Positions 25,597 through 38,043 of a DNA stretch of 64,000 nt are shown here, one piece after another. Both the position numbers and the translations under genes were made by a program. Location: assembly GCA_030390025.1 (NCBI GenBank), contig CM059432.1, positions 33,978,001 to 34,042,000 on the forward strand, given 5' to 3'. The stretch's first letter is position 1. Each line of letters begins with the position of its first letter. The notes beneath the pieces were generated by a model. It was not told the DNA's origin, did no database searches, and saw only the letters and a list, made by a program, of their open reading frames with translations. Source of the DNA: Squalus acanthias. Lineage: Eukaryota.

Positions 25597-26625
25597 AGAA
25601 CATAAGAACATAAGAAATAGGAGCAGGAGTAGGCCAATCGGCCCCTCGAGCCTGCTCCGCCATTCAATAAGATCATGGCTGATCTGATCCTAACCGCCAA
25701 TCTACTATCTATCACAGAACCATCTCCTGCATCTAACAGAATTGCACACACGAAATAGGAGCAGAATCAGGCTACACAGTCCCTGGGCCCGTTCCACTAC
25801 CCACAGGGCCATGACCGATCCGAACCTAGACTCATGTCCAAATTCCTGCCCGCTCCCCGTAACCCTTAATGCCCTTTACTTCTAGGAAACTGTCTATTTC
25901 TGTTTTAAATTTAATTAATGTTGTAGCTTCTACAGCTTTTTGTGGCAGCATATTCCATGGACCTACCACCCTCTGAGTGAAGTAGTTCCTCCTCATCTCA
26001 GTTTTGAAAGAGCAGCCCCTTATTCTAAGACTATGTCCCCTAGTTCTCGTCTCACCCGTCATCGGGAACATCCTCCCCGCATCCACCCGATCCAACCCCT
26101 TCACAATCTTATATGTTTCAATAAGATCGCCTCTCATTCTTCTGAACTCCAATGAGTAGAGTCCCAATCTACCCAACCTCTCCTCATATGACCACCCCCT
26201 CATCCCCGGGATTAACCGAGTGAACCTTTTTTGCACTGCCTCGAGAGCAAGGATGTCTTTCCTTAAGTAAGGACACCAAAACTGTATGCAGTATTCCAGG
26301 TGCGGTCTCACCAATACCTTGTACAACTGAAGCAATACCTCCCTATTTTTATATTCTATCCCCCTAGCAATGAAAGCCAACATTCCATTTGCCTTCTTAA
26401 TCACTTGCTGCACCTGCATACTAACCTTTTGAGTTTCGTGCACCAGGACCCCCAGATCCCTTTGCACTTCAGTACTCTCCAGTTTCTTGCCATTAAGATA
26501 ATAAATTGCTCTAGGATTTTTCCTGCCAAAGTGCATCACCTCACACTTTCCAGTGTTGTATTCCATCTGCCAAATCTCTGCCCACTTACTTGGCCTGTCT
26601 ATGTCCCCTTGCAGGTTTTTTATGT
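25597..26625 (-). mobile_element. CR1 LINE 3' part
   Basis: 244-aa ORF 25832-26566 is CR1 RT C-terminus; (agaacata)n tail at 25597. Confidence 0.9.
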
Positions 26626-26674
26626 CCTTTTTATGTCACTTCTCCGACCCACAACCAATTTTCGGAAAGAAAAA

Positions 26675-27540
26675 AATAGAAAATGCTGGAAACACTCAGC
26701 AGGTCAGGCAACATCTGTGGAGCGAGAAACAGAGTTAACGTTTCAAGTCGATGACCTTTTTGTCAGAACTGGAAGATGTTACAGAAGAGCAGCTTATTAG
26801 CAGGATTTAGCCTCCTACACTGTCCCAATGAAGCTCAATGCAAGCTTGATGAACAGTACCTCACCTTTCTACTGGGCACTTTACAACTTTCCAGCCGTAC
26901 CACTGAGATTAACAACTTTAGATCTTAACCACTGCTCCCATTTTCTCTCAGACAGCAGGTACTGGTAATGAAGGGTGGCTGCACCAGAGCCACTGAGAGT
27001 GGAGGAGGTGTGGGCTGATGCTTGGGGTGGGGATTCGCTATCGCTACACAGCCAACAGCATGGTCTGCACCCCTGGGGTTTACCTGCCTTTCTCCCATCA
27101 CATTCATGGACCATAGGGGTCTTCCCCCCATTGCTAGATTTTCCACACTTCCCTCCCGCACTGCTATTCTGCTGTAACCAGAACCTCTGGGTCAGACACA
27201 TCTTGTGTTTCTGTAATTTCTCTCATTATCACCTCCTTTTGCTTTGCACCATCGACACCTCTCTCATTTAATTATCTGGCCTCCACCCAATTACTGACCT
27301 CTCCTTTTTTCTATTCCAGCCCCCAGCTCTGTCCCTATGAATAAGTTGAAATAAAAAACAGAAAATGCTGGAAACACTCAGCAGGTCAGGCAGCATCTGC
27401 AGAGATAGAAACAGAGTAAACGTTTCAGGTCGATGAACTTATCGCAGAACTGGAAGATGTTGGAGATGAGCAGCTTTTAAGCAACTGCAGAGCCAGGAAA
27501 AAGGGGGACAGGGAGAGAACAAAAGGGAAGGTCTGTGATC
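26675..27540. mobile_element. Rearranged Penelope-like fragments (two minus-strand pseudo-LTRs, + strand GIY-YIG tail)
   Basis: ~26805-26930 translates to ..LLHCPNEAQCKLDEQYLTFLLGTLQLSSRTTEINNFRS*; degenerate hammerhead cores near 26731-26770 and 27412-27452 (minus). Confidence 0.7.
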
Positions 27541-30500
27541 CCCATCCCAAACACCAGCCCACACCTACCCCATTCCCAGTGGCTGGGTTTCTATTTAAAA
27601 ATCAAAACTTGAGTAAATTTTCAGAAACTGGGAGAGTAGACTCCAAAATAATACATACACTCAAAGTCTGATTTTTAAAGTAGGAACCCATTTTCCTTGT
27701 GGCGGTCTTAGATATTTATGCTACAGGGGCTGGAAGGAAGAGGGTCGGGTTTCAGTGAATGTTCTTAATCAGTAAAGCAAATATCAGAATGCAAGCTGTG
27801 ATCCCACTTCTGGCCCTGTGCTGTCCTTCCCCAGTCCATATTTATACTTGCCCAGAAAGAGCCTTCCCCATAAGTATTTATCATCATTAATGATAGCTCA
27901 GAGAAAACCTGACCCTTGAATACCCAGAGAACTTCCCCTTTAAGTGGTTTTCATCATTAACACTGACCCAAAGAGAAAACCTTCCCCTTTAAATATTCAT
28001 ACTGCCAAGAGACTCTGTCCCTTTAAATATTCATACTATCAGAGAGAACCTTCCTCTTTAAATATTCATACTGCCATAGAGAACCTTCTTTCAAGGTCTT
28101 TTCACTTTCATCAGCATTTACCTGATGTTTCCTTTTACTGTGCACTCAACATTTTGAGCCTTTGATCATTATAATTTTAGTGATGGATCGGTTACTTCAC
28201 AGGATTAGGAAATTTGCCTGCAAGTAATTTAGATGTGTGTGTTGGAGTAGAGGGGTGAGAATCATATTTAAAGGGACAGGTGGTTGGAACCTGAACAAGC
28301 ACAGGATGGAGTGCAGAATGAAACATTGTGGGCTTTTTTCATTTTCTTTGAACACTTTTGTTTATTAGTTATAAAAGTACTGGAGATGGACTGGGTGGGG
28401 CTGTTAGAGGAGAGAGGTCAAGTAATGGAACCTCCAAAAAGTAGGATCCAACCAGAGTTTGGCAACCCTACTTCAGACTAGGCATGGAGTGATTCAGACA
28501 AAGCGAGCAGACAAGATCCAGTGGTGCAGTCCCGTGGGTGCAATCCCTTTTTACATTACTACCTTCCCACCCTTTACACAAGGAACAGCACCATGGTATC
28601 ATGACAGCATTGGTCACTGGGGCTGCTGGCAACATAAGGACACAAGAGGCAACCACCTTGCGTGGGATTGGAGTCACGTGTAGGCCCAGACCAAGTAGGG
28701 ATAGGCAGTTACCTTCCCCAATGGACATTAATGAACCAATGGGTTTTTATGAGAATTCAGCAGCTTCCATGATCACGATTTACCAGATTTGTTGAATTTA
28801 ATTTCAAAGGCTTCAAGAAACGTAAGAATGGGAGTGGGCCAATCAACCCCTCGAGCCTGTCCCACCATTCAATTAGACCATGGATGATCTACATCTTAAC
28901 TCCAGTTAACCGTCTTTGATCCACATCCCTTGATATCCTTAACTAATAAAAAAGTCTATCGATCGCAGTCCTGAAAATTTCAATTGCCCCAGCATCCACA
29001 GCATTTTGGGAGAGTGCGTTTCAGATTTCCACTATCCTTTATGTGAAAACATGCTTCCTGATTTCACTCCTAAATGGCCTAGCTCGAATTTTAAGATTAT
29101 GCCCCCTTGTCCTGGATTCCTCCACCTGAGGAAATAGTTTCTCTGTATCTACCCCATCAAATCACTTTATCATTTTAAAGACCTCAATTAGATCACCCCT
29201 CAATTTTCTAAACTCAAGGAAATACAAACCAAGTTATACAACTCCTCATAATTAAACCCTTTAACCCCTGGTATCATTATGGGGAATCTGCACTATACCC
29301 ATTTCAAGGCCAGTATGTCTTTCCTGAGATACGGTGCCCAAACCTGAATACAGTACTCCAGATAGGGTTTAGCCAAGGCTCTGTACAGCTGATGCACTTC
29401 TTCCCCTTTGTATTCCAACTACCTTGAGATAAAGGCCAACATTCTGTTAGCATTTTTGATTATTTTTTACCCTTTAAGGCCTGGTATCATTGTGGTGAAT
29501 CTGTTCTGTATCCCCTGCAAGGCCATTATATCTTTCCTGAGGTTTGGTTTGCAAAACTGAACACGGGATTCCAAATGTAACCAAGGCTCTGTACAATTGA
29601 AGCTTCACATCCTCACTTTTGTATTCAAGCCCCCATAAGATAAAGGCCAACATTCCATTAGCCTTTTTGATTACTTCTTGTACCTGTGCACTAGCTTTTA
29701 GTGATTTATGTACATGGACACCTGAATCTCTTTGCTCCTCCACAGTTCCGAATCCCTCACCATCAAGAAAATATTCAGATGACACAAAACTTGGAAGTAT
29801 AGTGAACAGTGAGAAGGATAGTGATAGACTTCAAGAGGACATAGACAGGCTGGTGGAATTGGGCGGACACGTGGCAGATAAAATTTAACGCAGTAAAGTA
29901 TGAAGTGATACATTTTGGTAGGAAGAACGGGGAGAGGCAATATAAACTAAAGGGTACAATCCTAAAGGAGGTGCATGAACAGAAAGACCTGGGGATGTAT
30001 GTGCACAAATCGTTGAAGGTGGCAGGGCAGGTTGAGAAAGCAGTTAAAAAAGCATACGGGATCCTGGGCTTCATAAATAGAGGCACAGGGTACAAAAGCA
30101 AGGAAGTTATGATGAGCCTTTATAAAACACTGGTCCGACCTCAACTGGAGTATTGTGCCCAATTCTGGGCACTGCACTTTAGGAAGGATGTGAAGGCCTT
30201 AGTGAGGGTGCAGAAAAGATTTACAAGATGAGGGACTTCAGTTACGTGGATAGACTAGAGAAGCTGAGGTTGTTCTCCTTAGAGCAGAGAAGGTTGAGAG
30301 GAGATTTGATAGAGGTATTCAAAATCATGGGGGGTCTAGACAGAGTAGATAGAGAGAAACTGTTCCCATTGGCGGAAGGGTCGAGAACCAGAGGACACAG
30401 ATTTAAGGTGATTGGCAGAAGAACGAAAGGCGGCATGAGGAAAACCTTTTTTACGCAGCGAGTGGTTAGAATCTGGAATGCACTGTCTGAGCGGGTGGTG

Positions 30501-31200
30501 GAGGCAGATTCAATCGTGGCTTTCAAAAGGGAACTGGATAAGTACCTGAAGGAAAAAATTTGCAGGGCTACGGGGAAAGGGCGGGAGAGTGGGACTAGCT
30601 GAAGTGCTCTTGCAGAGAGCCGGCATGGGCTAGATGGGCCGAATGGCCTCTTTCTGTGCTGTAATCATTCTCAGAGTCATAGGGCTAAAAATTCAGTTGG
30701 TTGCGCCTCCCGTTAGCGCCTTAAGAGGGCGCTAATGGGGCGCAAAGCAGCTAGCGCCCAGGCGCAGCGATGTTTGCGCCGCTCGCGAACTTAACTAGAC
30801 ATTTTGCGGCGGTGCTAAACTTTATCGCCGCGATCTCCTGCGCGCGCAGATTGTGACGTCATATGAGAGTGCAACGCCCTTGTGGCGCCCCGGAGCAGAA
30901 TTTCAGTGGCGCCCCCATCCTTACCGCCTGGCGCATCCAATGACCGGTAGAGTGGAACGCTAACAATCGCTGTGGGGCTGGGGGGGGCGCTATTTAAAGA
31001 TTTAAAGGGGGCCTCTTCCTGTCTTTCTCTGTGGTTGACATTTTTGCACCACTCGTTCTGAGAGAGAGAGAGAGATTCGGAGAGAGAGAAAGAGAGACTT
31101 GTGCATTGAGTCAACGCTGTGTAAGGTAGTTTTGGCTACTGATCCTAACTTCGCTGGTACTTTGGTTTCTGGCCTTCATAACTTTGCTTGCTAAGAGACT

Positions 31201-32229
31201 ATGGGGGCTGCACTGATGGGGGGCGTCGTCCTGCGCCAGCTGAATCGGAGGAGACAGAGACGCAGAGAGAGAGTGGCAATGATGGCCAGACGGAGGAGGG
31301 CCAACAGGCGTCTGTACAGGAGAGCTTACCCTCCCAGGGTATATCGTGGCCAGCTCTCCTACATTCATATGTCTGATGAGCAGTGTCTGCGAAGGCTGCG
31401 CTTCAGCAAGGAGGTGGTCACTGAGCTCTGCCACCTGCTGCAGCCAGATCTGCTGCCTCAACTGAGGTCCAGGACGTCTCTGTCGGTGGCAGTGAAGGTC
31501 ACAGTGGCTCTGAACTTTTATGCTACTGGCTCATTTCAATCTGCTGTTGGGGACATCGCCAATCTCTCCCAGTTCGCGGTGCATTGCTGCATCCGGCAGG
31601 TCACAAATGCCCTCTTTAAAAGGAGACGAGAGTTCATCTCTTTCCCCATGACCCCAGACAAGCAGCAAGAACGCGCTCTGGGCTTTGCGAGGATAGCGGG
31701 CTTCCCCATGGTGCAGGGCGCCATTGACTGCACGCATGTGGCTTTGCGTGCTCCGCATGAGAATGCCAAGGATTTCCGGAACAGAAAGGGGTTCCATTCC
31801 TTGAATGTTCAGTTGGTCTGTGACCACAGACAGCTGATACTCGCTGTTAATGCCCACTATCCTGGCAGCTGCCACGATGCATTCATCCTGCACCAGACTA
31901 CTGTGGCAGAACTTTGAGGCACCGCATCAGCCAGTTGGTTGGCTTCTCGGGGACAAGGGGTATCCACTGAGCACCTGGCTGATGACACCGCTCCGTACGC
32001 CCAACACCCCTGCTGAGCTGCGGTACAACGAGAGCCATCAAGCTACCAGGAACATCGTTGAGCACACAATCGGCGTGCTCAAGCAACGGTTCCGCTGTCT
32101 GGACCATTCTGGAGGAGCCCTGCAGTACTCGCCTGAGCGAGTTTCCAACCTCGTAGTTGTGTGCTGCATGCTGCATAACATGGCAATCCTCAGGACCCAG
32201 CCAATGCCACCAGGCCTTGGAGCACCACC

Positions 32230-32260
<31 letters not shown>

Positions 32261-32359
32261 GAGGAGGATGATCAGCAGCAGCACCAAGGCGTGAGGGCGG
32301 CCCACAATGGTGAAACTGCAAGGGCCGTCCGTCAGCGGCTGATAGCAAGCCGCTTCTAG
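31201..32359 (+). pseudogene. Harbinger (HARBI1-like) DDE transposase with one frameshift near 31912
   Basis: [43 protein letters not shown], then in another frame [34 protein letters not shown] and an acidic tail. Confidence 0.92.
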
Positions 32360-32670
32360 GCCCCTGCTGTGGAAATGGCTTCTGCCATTGAGAACAGCAT
32401 GAATGAACCCAACACGCAACCCCTAAGCCGGCCAAGGCACCAATGATTCCAAACACCAAACATGTATATTTTGAGTACGAAAACTTATTTATTTTACAAA
32501 CTCTGTGTGTGTCATTTCTTCATGACAAACTCATACAAATAAACACAAAAAAACAGTCATTACCATAACTGGTTCTCACAACCTGGAGATCATGTGCAAA
32601 ACACTCAACAAAAGTTTGACCACGAACCTCGGCCTTTAATAAAAAAATAACCAGCATTTTGTCACACCTC

Positions 32671-34461
32671 CTACATCGAGGGTGAACTCCTTCCCGTGCG
32701 CCCTTCCCCCCTTCTTACCCCACTGCTCCTCCGTAATGGGACCTCAGTGGCTGCAGCAAGGCTGGTGGAAGGCTGCTGACTGTCAGGCCCTGACAATGCA
32801 GATGCCCTTGAGGGACGGCCTCGACCAGTTCTGGGCCTGGATGGCCCGGCTGCAGACTGCACCAACTCTGCACGGGCGGCAGCAGTCTGTCCTACAAGCG
32901 GTGGCAACTGCAGTGGAGAAGTGACAGTGGTGGCAGCAGGAATGCTGTCATCTTGAGCGAGGACAGGAACTCCCTGCTCGACCGGCACACTGGCACTCCC
33001 ACGGGGCAGCACCTCAGCATCCGGAGCAATCTGCTGGAGCACAGATTGCTGGCCTGCTGCGGCGCGGTGAGAGCCCTGGGGAAATGTGTTCGAACCAGCG
33101 AGGATGGCAGCAGACAGTGCTCGCGTGGCCTCAATCTGAGTCTGCATGAGAGCAGTCTGAGATTGAATTGCAGCACTGAGCTTCAGTGTCGCATCCGCCT
33201 GCGCTGCAGCGAAGTGCTCCACACTCCTTGCCAGTGCTTCAATGCATTCGGGCACCCTACCCACTGCAGCCATGAGCTCAGTGTGCATGCCCACCGCCTG
33301 GGTGTTCATTTCCGCGATCAGCCGCTCCTCCTCTGCGTCCAGTGCAGCAGGACTCGCTGGCCTACTCTCCCTCCGGGGAGAAGGCCCCCGTTCTTCCCTA
33401 CCCCCATGGCGTTGCTGCAGCCCGCTGGGTCCTGGAGCTTCACCCTCATCAGACCCTTCCCCCCTGCTCCCCTCCAGGGAAGGCGTGTCCTCAGTGTCGG
33501 CATGGGCTTCCTCGGGAGAGGGTGGCTCTGATGCTCCGGCTTCCTCTTCCTCCTCGGCTGCAGCCTCACTCCCACTGGCAGCTTCAGGGCCCGTCTCCTC
33601 AGCTGGTGAATCACCATCTGAAAGCAGGGAGGTACAAGAGTGGCTTTAGCGTGAGGACAGGGTGGCAGTAAGGGAGGAATAAGTGCAGCGAGTTAGTAAG
33701 TTGGATTGAAAGTGTCAAAGGCTGGTGTTGTGAGGGACAAGTGGAAGGACAGAGGACAAAAAGGTGATGACCTTACGATTGCTGTCCAGAACGGGGTCGG
33801 CGTCTCCAGTGGCGACGGGACCGATCACCCGGCTTGCCACAATCCTGTGGACGCGCTCCTCAAGATCGCTGAGGGGTTGCAGCTGAGGCCGCCCTCCACC
33901 CGTCCGTTGCTGCTGTCTCCTATTATGCGCCAGCTTGGCCTGCAAGAAAAAGGACGGCGTCTGAGTAAATATACAGCCATGGTCTTGCCTGATGTGCCTC
34001 CCATAGGTGAATAGCCCTTACTGTACTACAGCCATGGTCTTGCCTGATGTGCCTCCCATAGGTGAATAGCCCTTACTGTATGCAAAGTGTGGAATGTGTG
34101 TGTGTGCTTCATGAAAGGGCCATAGGTGTTGGATGAGTGCTGTTAGTTGTGGTTTTAAGACCCTCTGGCCATAGAGTGAGGTTGAGATGGAGGGATGGAG
34201 AGGTATTGCAAAAAAGCCACTCACCCTGACGACCCGAGTGAGGTCGTTGAACTTTTTCCGGCATTGGACATGGGTCCTGGGCACCATGCTCCTGGAGGAG
34301 ACGTGCTGAGCCACCTCCCTCCACACTCTTCTGTAGTCGCGCGGCAAAGGCCTCCTGCCACTCTCTGGGTACAGTATTGATCCTCGGCGCTCCACCGCGC
34401 CAACCAGAGCATCTAAGGCCCGCTCGCTGAAGCGCTGAGCTCGTTCTCTCGCCCTCTCCAT
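32671..34461 (-). CDS. Harbinger Myb/SANT-like DNA-binding protein, 3 exons (34461-34225, 33939-33777, 33617-32671), 448 aa
   Basis: Exon 1 RFSERALDALV...WREVA...RTHVQCRKKFNDL; donors GTGAGT and GTAAGG, acceptors ttcttgcAG and ctttcAG; 237+163+947=1347 nt, open to the stop at 32671; exon 2 has the TGGG motif. Confidence 0.85.
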
Positions 34462-34898
34462 CCTTGGCTGGAAAATGGAATCTCAGGTCTCTCCAGGTCG
34501 AGATTCAAGGCTGCAATGAGCAGGGTGTGGCTGGGGAGCAAGATCGCCCCCCCCCCTTTAAGAACTGGCCGGCGCCAGTGTGTCTGTGTTCCCTCGCTAA
34601 CTGGCAGCACCTGCGCTGCGCTCGCGCTCTGAGTTAGCGCCTCACTCCTCGGCCTTTGCGCCTTAAGACAGGTGTGCAGCACCTGATTTAGCGATCCAAT
34701 CACCTCCCGGGGCGTTAAAACTCAAGTTTCCAGTCAGTGGCGATAATTAGCGCCAGGCGCTAATCTTTGCGCCCGGCCGATAATTGCGCCCCAAATGGGG
34801 CGATACTGAATTTTTCCCCCATAGAGTTATACAGCACAGCAAGAGGCCGTTCGGCCCATCGTGTCCGCGCCGGCCATCAAGCCCTGTCTATTCTAATC

Positions 34899-37800
34899 TC
34901 ATTTTCCAGCACTTGGTCTGTTGCCTTGTATGCTATGGCGTTTCAACTGCTCATCTAAATGCTTCTTGAATGCTGTGAGGGTTCCTGCCTCTACCACCCT
35001 TTCAGGCAGTGAGTTCCAGATTCCAACCACCCTCTGGGTGAAAAAGTTTTTCCTCAAATCCCTGCAAAACCTCCTGCCCCTTACCTTGAAACTATGCCCC
35101 CTGGTTATTGACCCCTCTACTAAGGGGAAAAGTTCCTTTCTATCTACCCTATCTATGCCCCTCATAATTTTGTACACCTCAATCAGGTGCCCCCTCAGCC
35201 TTCTCTGCTCTAAGGAAAACAACCCCAGCCTGTCCAGTCTCTCTTCATAGCTGAAGCGCTGCAGCCCAGGTAACATCCTGGTGAATCTCCTCTGCACCCT
35301 CTCCAATGCAATCACATCCTTCTGATAGTGTGGCGACCAGAACTGCACACAGTATTCCAGCTGTGGACTAACTAGCGTTTTGTACAGCTTCATCATAACC
35401 TCCCTGCTCTTATATTCTATGCCTCGGCTAATGAAGGCAGGTATCCCATATGCCTTTTTAACCACATTATCTACCTGTCCTGCTGCCTTCAGGGATCAAT
35501 GTACATGCACACCAAGGCCCCTCTGATCCTCTGTCCTTCCTAGGGTCCTACCATTCATTGTGTATTCCCTTGCCTTGTTAGTCCTCCCAAAATGCATCAC
35601 CTCACACTTTTCAGGGTTAAATTCCATTTGCCGCTGTTCTGCCATTCTGACCAACCCATCTATATCGTCCTGTAGCCTGAGGCTTCCCTCCTCGCTAATT
35701 ACCACCCCACCAATTTTTGTGTCATCTGCGAACTTACTGATCATACCTCCTACATTCATATCTAAATCATTAATGTACACTACAAACAGCAAAGGACCCA
35801 GCACCGATCCCTGTGGTACACCACTGGACACAGGCTTCCAGTCACAAAAACAACCTTCGACCATCACCCTCTGCCTCCTGCCACTAAGCCAATTTTGGAT
35901 CCAATGTGCCAAATTGCCCTGGATCCCATGGGCTCTTACCTTCTTGACCAGTCTCCCATGCGGGACTTTGTCGAAAGCCTTACTGAAGTCCATATCAACT
36001 GCACTACCCTCATCCACACACCTAGTCACCCCCTCGAAAAATTCAATCAAATTGGTTAGACATGATCTCTCCCTGACAACGCTATGCTGACTATCCTTGA
36101 TTAATCCTTGCCTCTCCAAGTGGAGACTAATTCTGTCCCTCAGAATTTTTTCCAATAATTTCCCTACCACTGATGTTAGGCTCACTGGCCTGTAATTCCC
36201 TGGGCTATCCCTACTCCCCTTCTTGAATAATGGTACTACGTTAGCTGTTCTCCAGTCCTCTGGCACCTCCCCTGTGGCCAGAGAGGTTCTGAAAAATTGT
36301 GTCAGAGCCCCTGCAATCTCCTCCCTTGCCTCACACAGCAGCCTGGGATACATCTCGATAGCAAAATACTGCGGATGCTGGAAATCTGAAATAACAACAG
36401 AAAACGCTGGAAAAACTCAGCAGGCCAGGCAGCATCCGTGGAGAGAGAAAGAGAGTTAACGTTTCAGGTCGATGACGAAAGGTCATCGACCTGAAACGTT
36501 AACTCTCTTTCTCTCTCCACGGATGCTGCCTGGCCTGCTGAGTTTTTCCAGCGTTTTCTGTTGTTATTTCTGGGATACATCTCGTCTGGGCCTGGGGATT
36601 TATCCACTTTTAAGCCCGCTAAAACCGTTAGTACCTCCTCCCTCTCAATACTAATTTGTTCAAGTATATCACAATTCCCCTGTCTGATTTCTATGCCTAC
36701 ATCGTCCTTCTCCATAGTGAACACAGATGCAAAATATTAATTTAAAACCTCACCTACATCTTTCGGCTCTACACACAGATTGCCACTTTGGTCCCTAATG
36801 GGCCCTACTCTTTCCCTGGTTATCCTCTTGCCCTTAATATACTTATAAAACACCTTGGGATTTTCCTTTATTTTGCCCGCCAGTGTTTTTTCATGCCCCC
36901 TCTTTGCTCTCGTAATTTCTTTTTTAAGTACCCCCCTGCACTTTCTATACTCCTCTAGGGCTTCCACTGTTTTTACTCCTTTGTATCTGCCAAAAGCCTC
37001 CCTTTTTTTCCTAATCCATTCTCGTATATCCCTTGACATCCAGGATTCCCTGGGCTTGTTGTTCCCACCCTTGACCTTTACGGGAACATGTTGGCATTGT
37101 ACTCTCTCTATTTCCTTTCTGAAAGACTCCCACTGCTCTGATGTGGATTTTCCTACAAGTAGCTGATCCCAGTCCACTTTGGCCAGATCCTGCCTTATCA
37201 TATTAAAATCGGCCTTCCCCCAATTTAGAACCTTTATTTCCAGTCCATCTTTGTCCTTTTCCATGACTACCTTAAATCTCACCGAATTATGGTCACTGTC
37301 ACCAAAATGCTCTCCTACTAACACTTCTACCACTTGCCCAGCTACATTCCCTAGAATTAGGTCCAGTACCGCCCCCTCTCTTGTAGAACTTTCTACATGC
37401 TGGCTCAAAAAGCTCTCCTGGATGCACTTTAAGAATTCCGCACCCTCTAAGCCTTTCACACTCTGACTATCCCAGTTAATATTGGGGAAGTTGAAATCCC
37501 CTACTATTATTACCCTATTATTTCTACACTTCTCTCAGATTTGCCTACATATCTGTTCTTCTATCTCCCTCTGACTGTTTGGGAGCCTATAGTACACTCC
37601 CAGCAAAGTGCTTGCCCCCTTTTTGTTTTTAAGTTCTACCCATATGGCCTCATTAGAGGAACCTGCTAAGATATCATCCCTCCTTACTGCAGTAATTGAC
37701 TCCTTGATTAATATTGCGACACTCCCTCCTCTTTTACACCCCCCTCTGTCTCGCTTGAAGATTCTATACCCCAGAATATTGAGTTGCCAGTCCTGCCCCT

Positions 37801-37924
37801 CCCTCAACCATGTCTCTGTGACAGCAACAATATCATACACCCATGTGTTCATCAACACCTTCAATTCATCTGCCTTACTCGCAAGACTCCTTGCATTAAA
37901 ATAAATGCCATTCAGCCTTGCCAT
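34899..37924 (-). pseudogene. CR1 ORF2 (APE endonuclease + RT), disrupted
   Basis: YFNARSL, VAVTETWL, LDLIL, GDSDH (EN); [35 protein letters not shown] (RT); stops, frameshifts and a Penelope insertion. Confidence 0.9.
36358..36570. mobile_element. Penelope pseudo-LTR foldback insertion
   Basis: Perfect 89-bp arms 36388-36476 / 36482-36570 with GAAAG loop; 14-15-bp TSD (c)tgggatacatctcg. Confidence 0.9.
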
Positions 37925-38043
37925 ACTCCTTTTTGCCGTTACATATTTGCTCTGCCTTCCAGACTGACTTGTTCTTTCCTCTATATTTGGCTTTGCATCA
38001 CCCCCTACTATAGCTCCACTCCGTATCCCATCCCCTTGCCAAG

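Larger units (their letters stand above)
30682..34820 (+). mobile_element. Near-intact autonomous-type PIF/Harbinger DNA transposon (4139 bp)
   Basis: TIRs GGGCTAAAAATTCAGT / ACTGAATTTTTCCCCC (14/16); 3-bp TSD ATA (30679-30681, 34821-34823); convergent transposase and Myb/SANT genes. Confidence 0.95.

Noticed and set aside
27850..28095. ~34-bp imperfect tandem repeat (ccttcccctttaaatattcatactgcca)
   Set aside because: Ordinary degenerate minisatellite with no further structure
31900..31920. Programmed ribosomal frameshift in the transposase
   Set aside because: No X XXY YYZ slippery heptamer; a small indel or sequencing error is simpler
31201..32359. Domesticated host gene HARBI1
   Set aside because: Lies between TIRs with a TSD, next to a Myb partner, and is frameshifted, so it is a transposon copy
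32953..33671. Several + strand ORFs over the Myb gene
   Set aside because: Antisense shadows of a GC-rich coding exon
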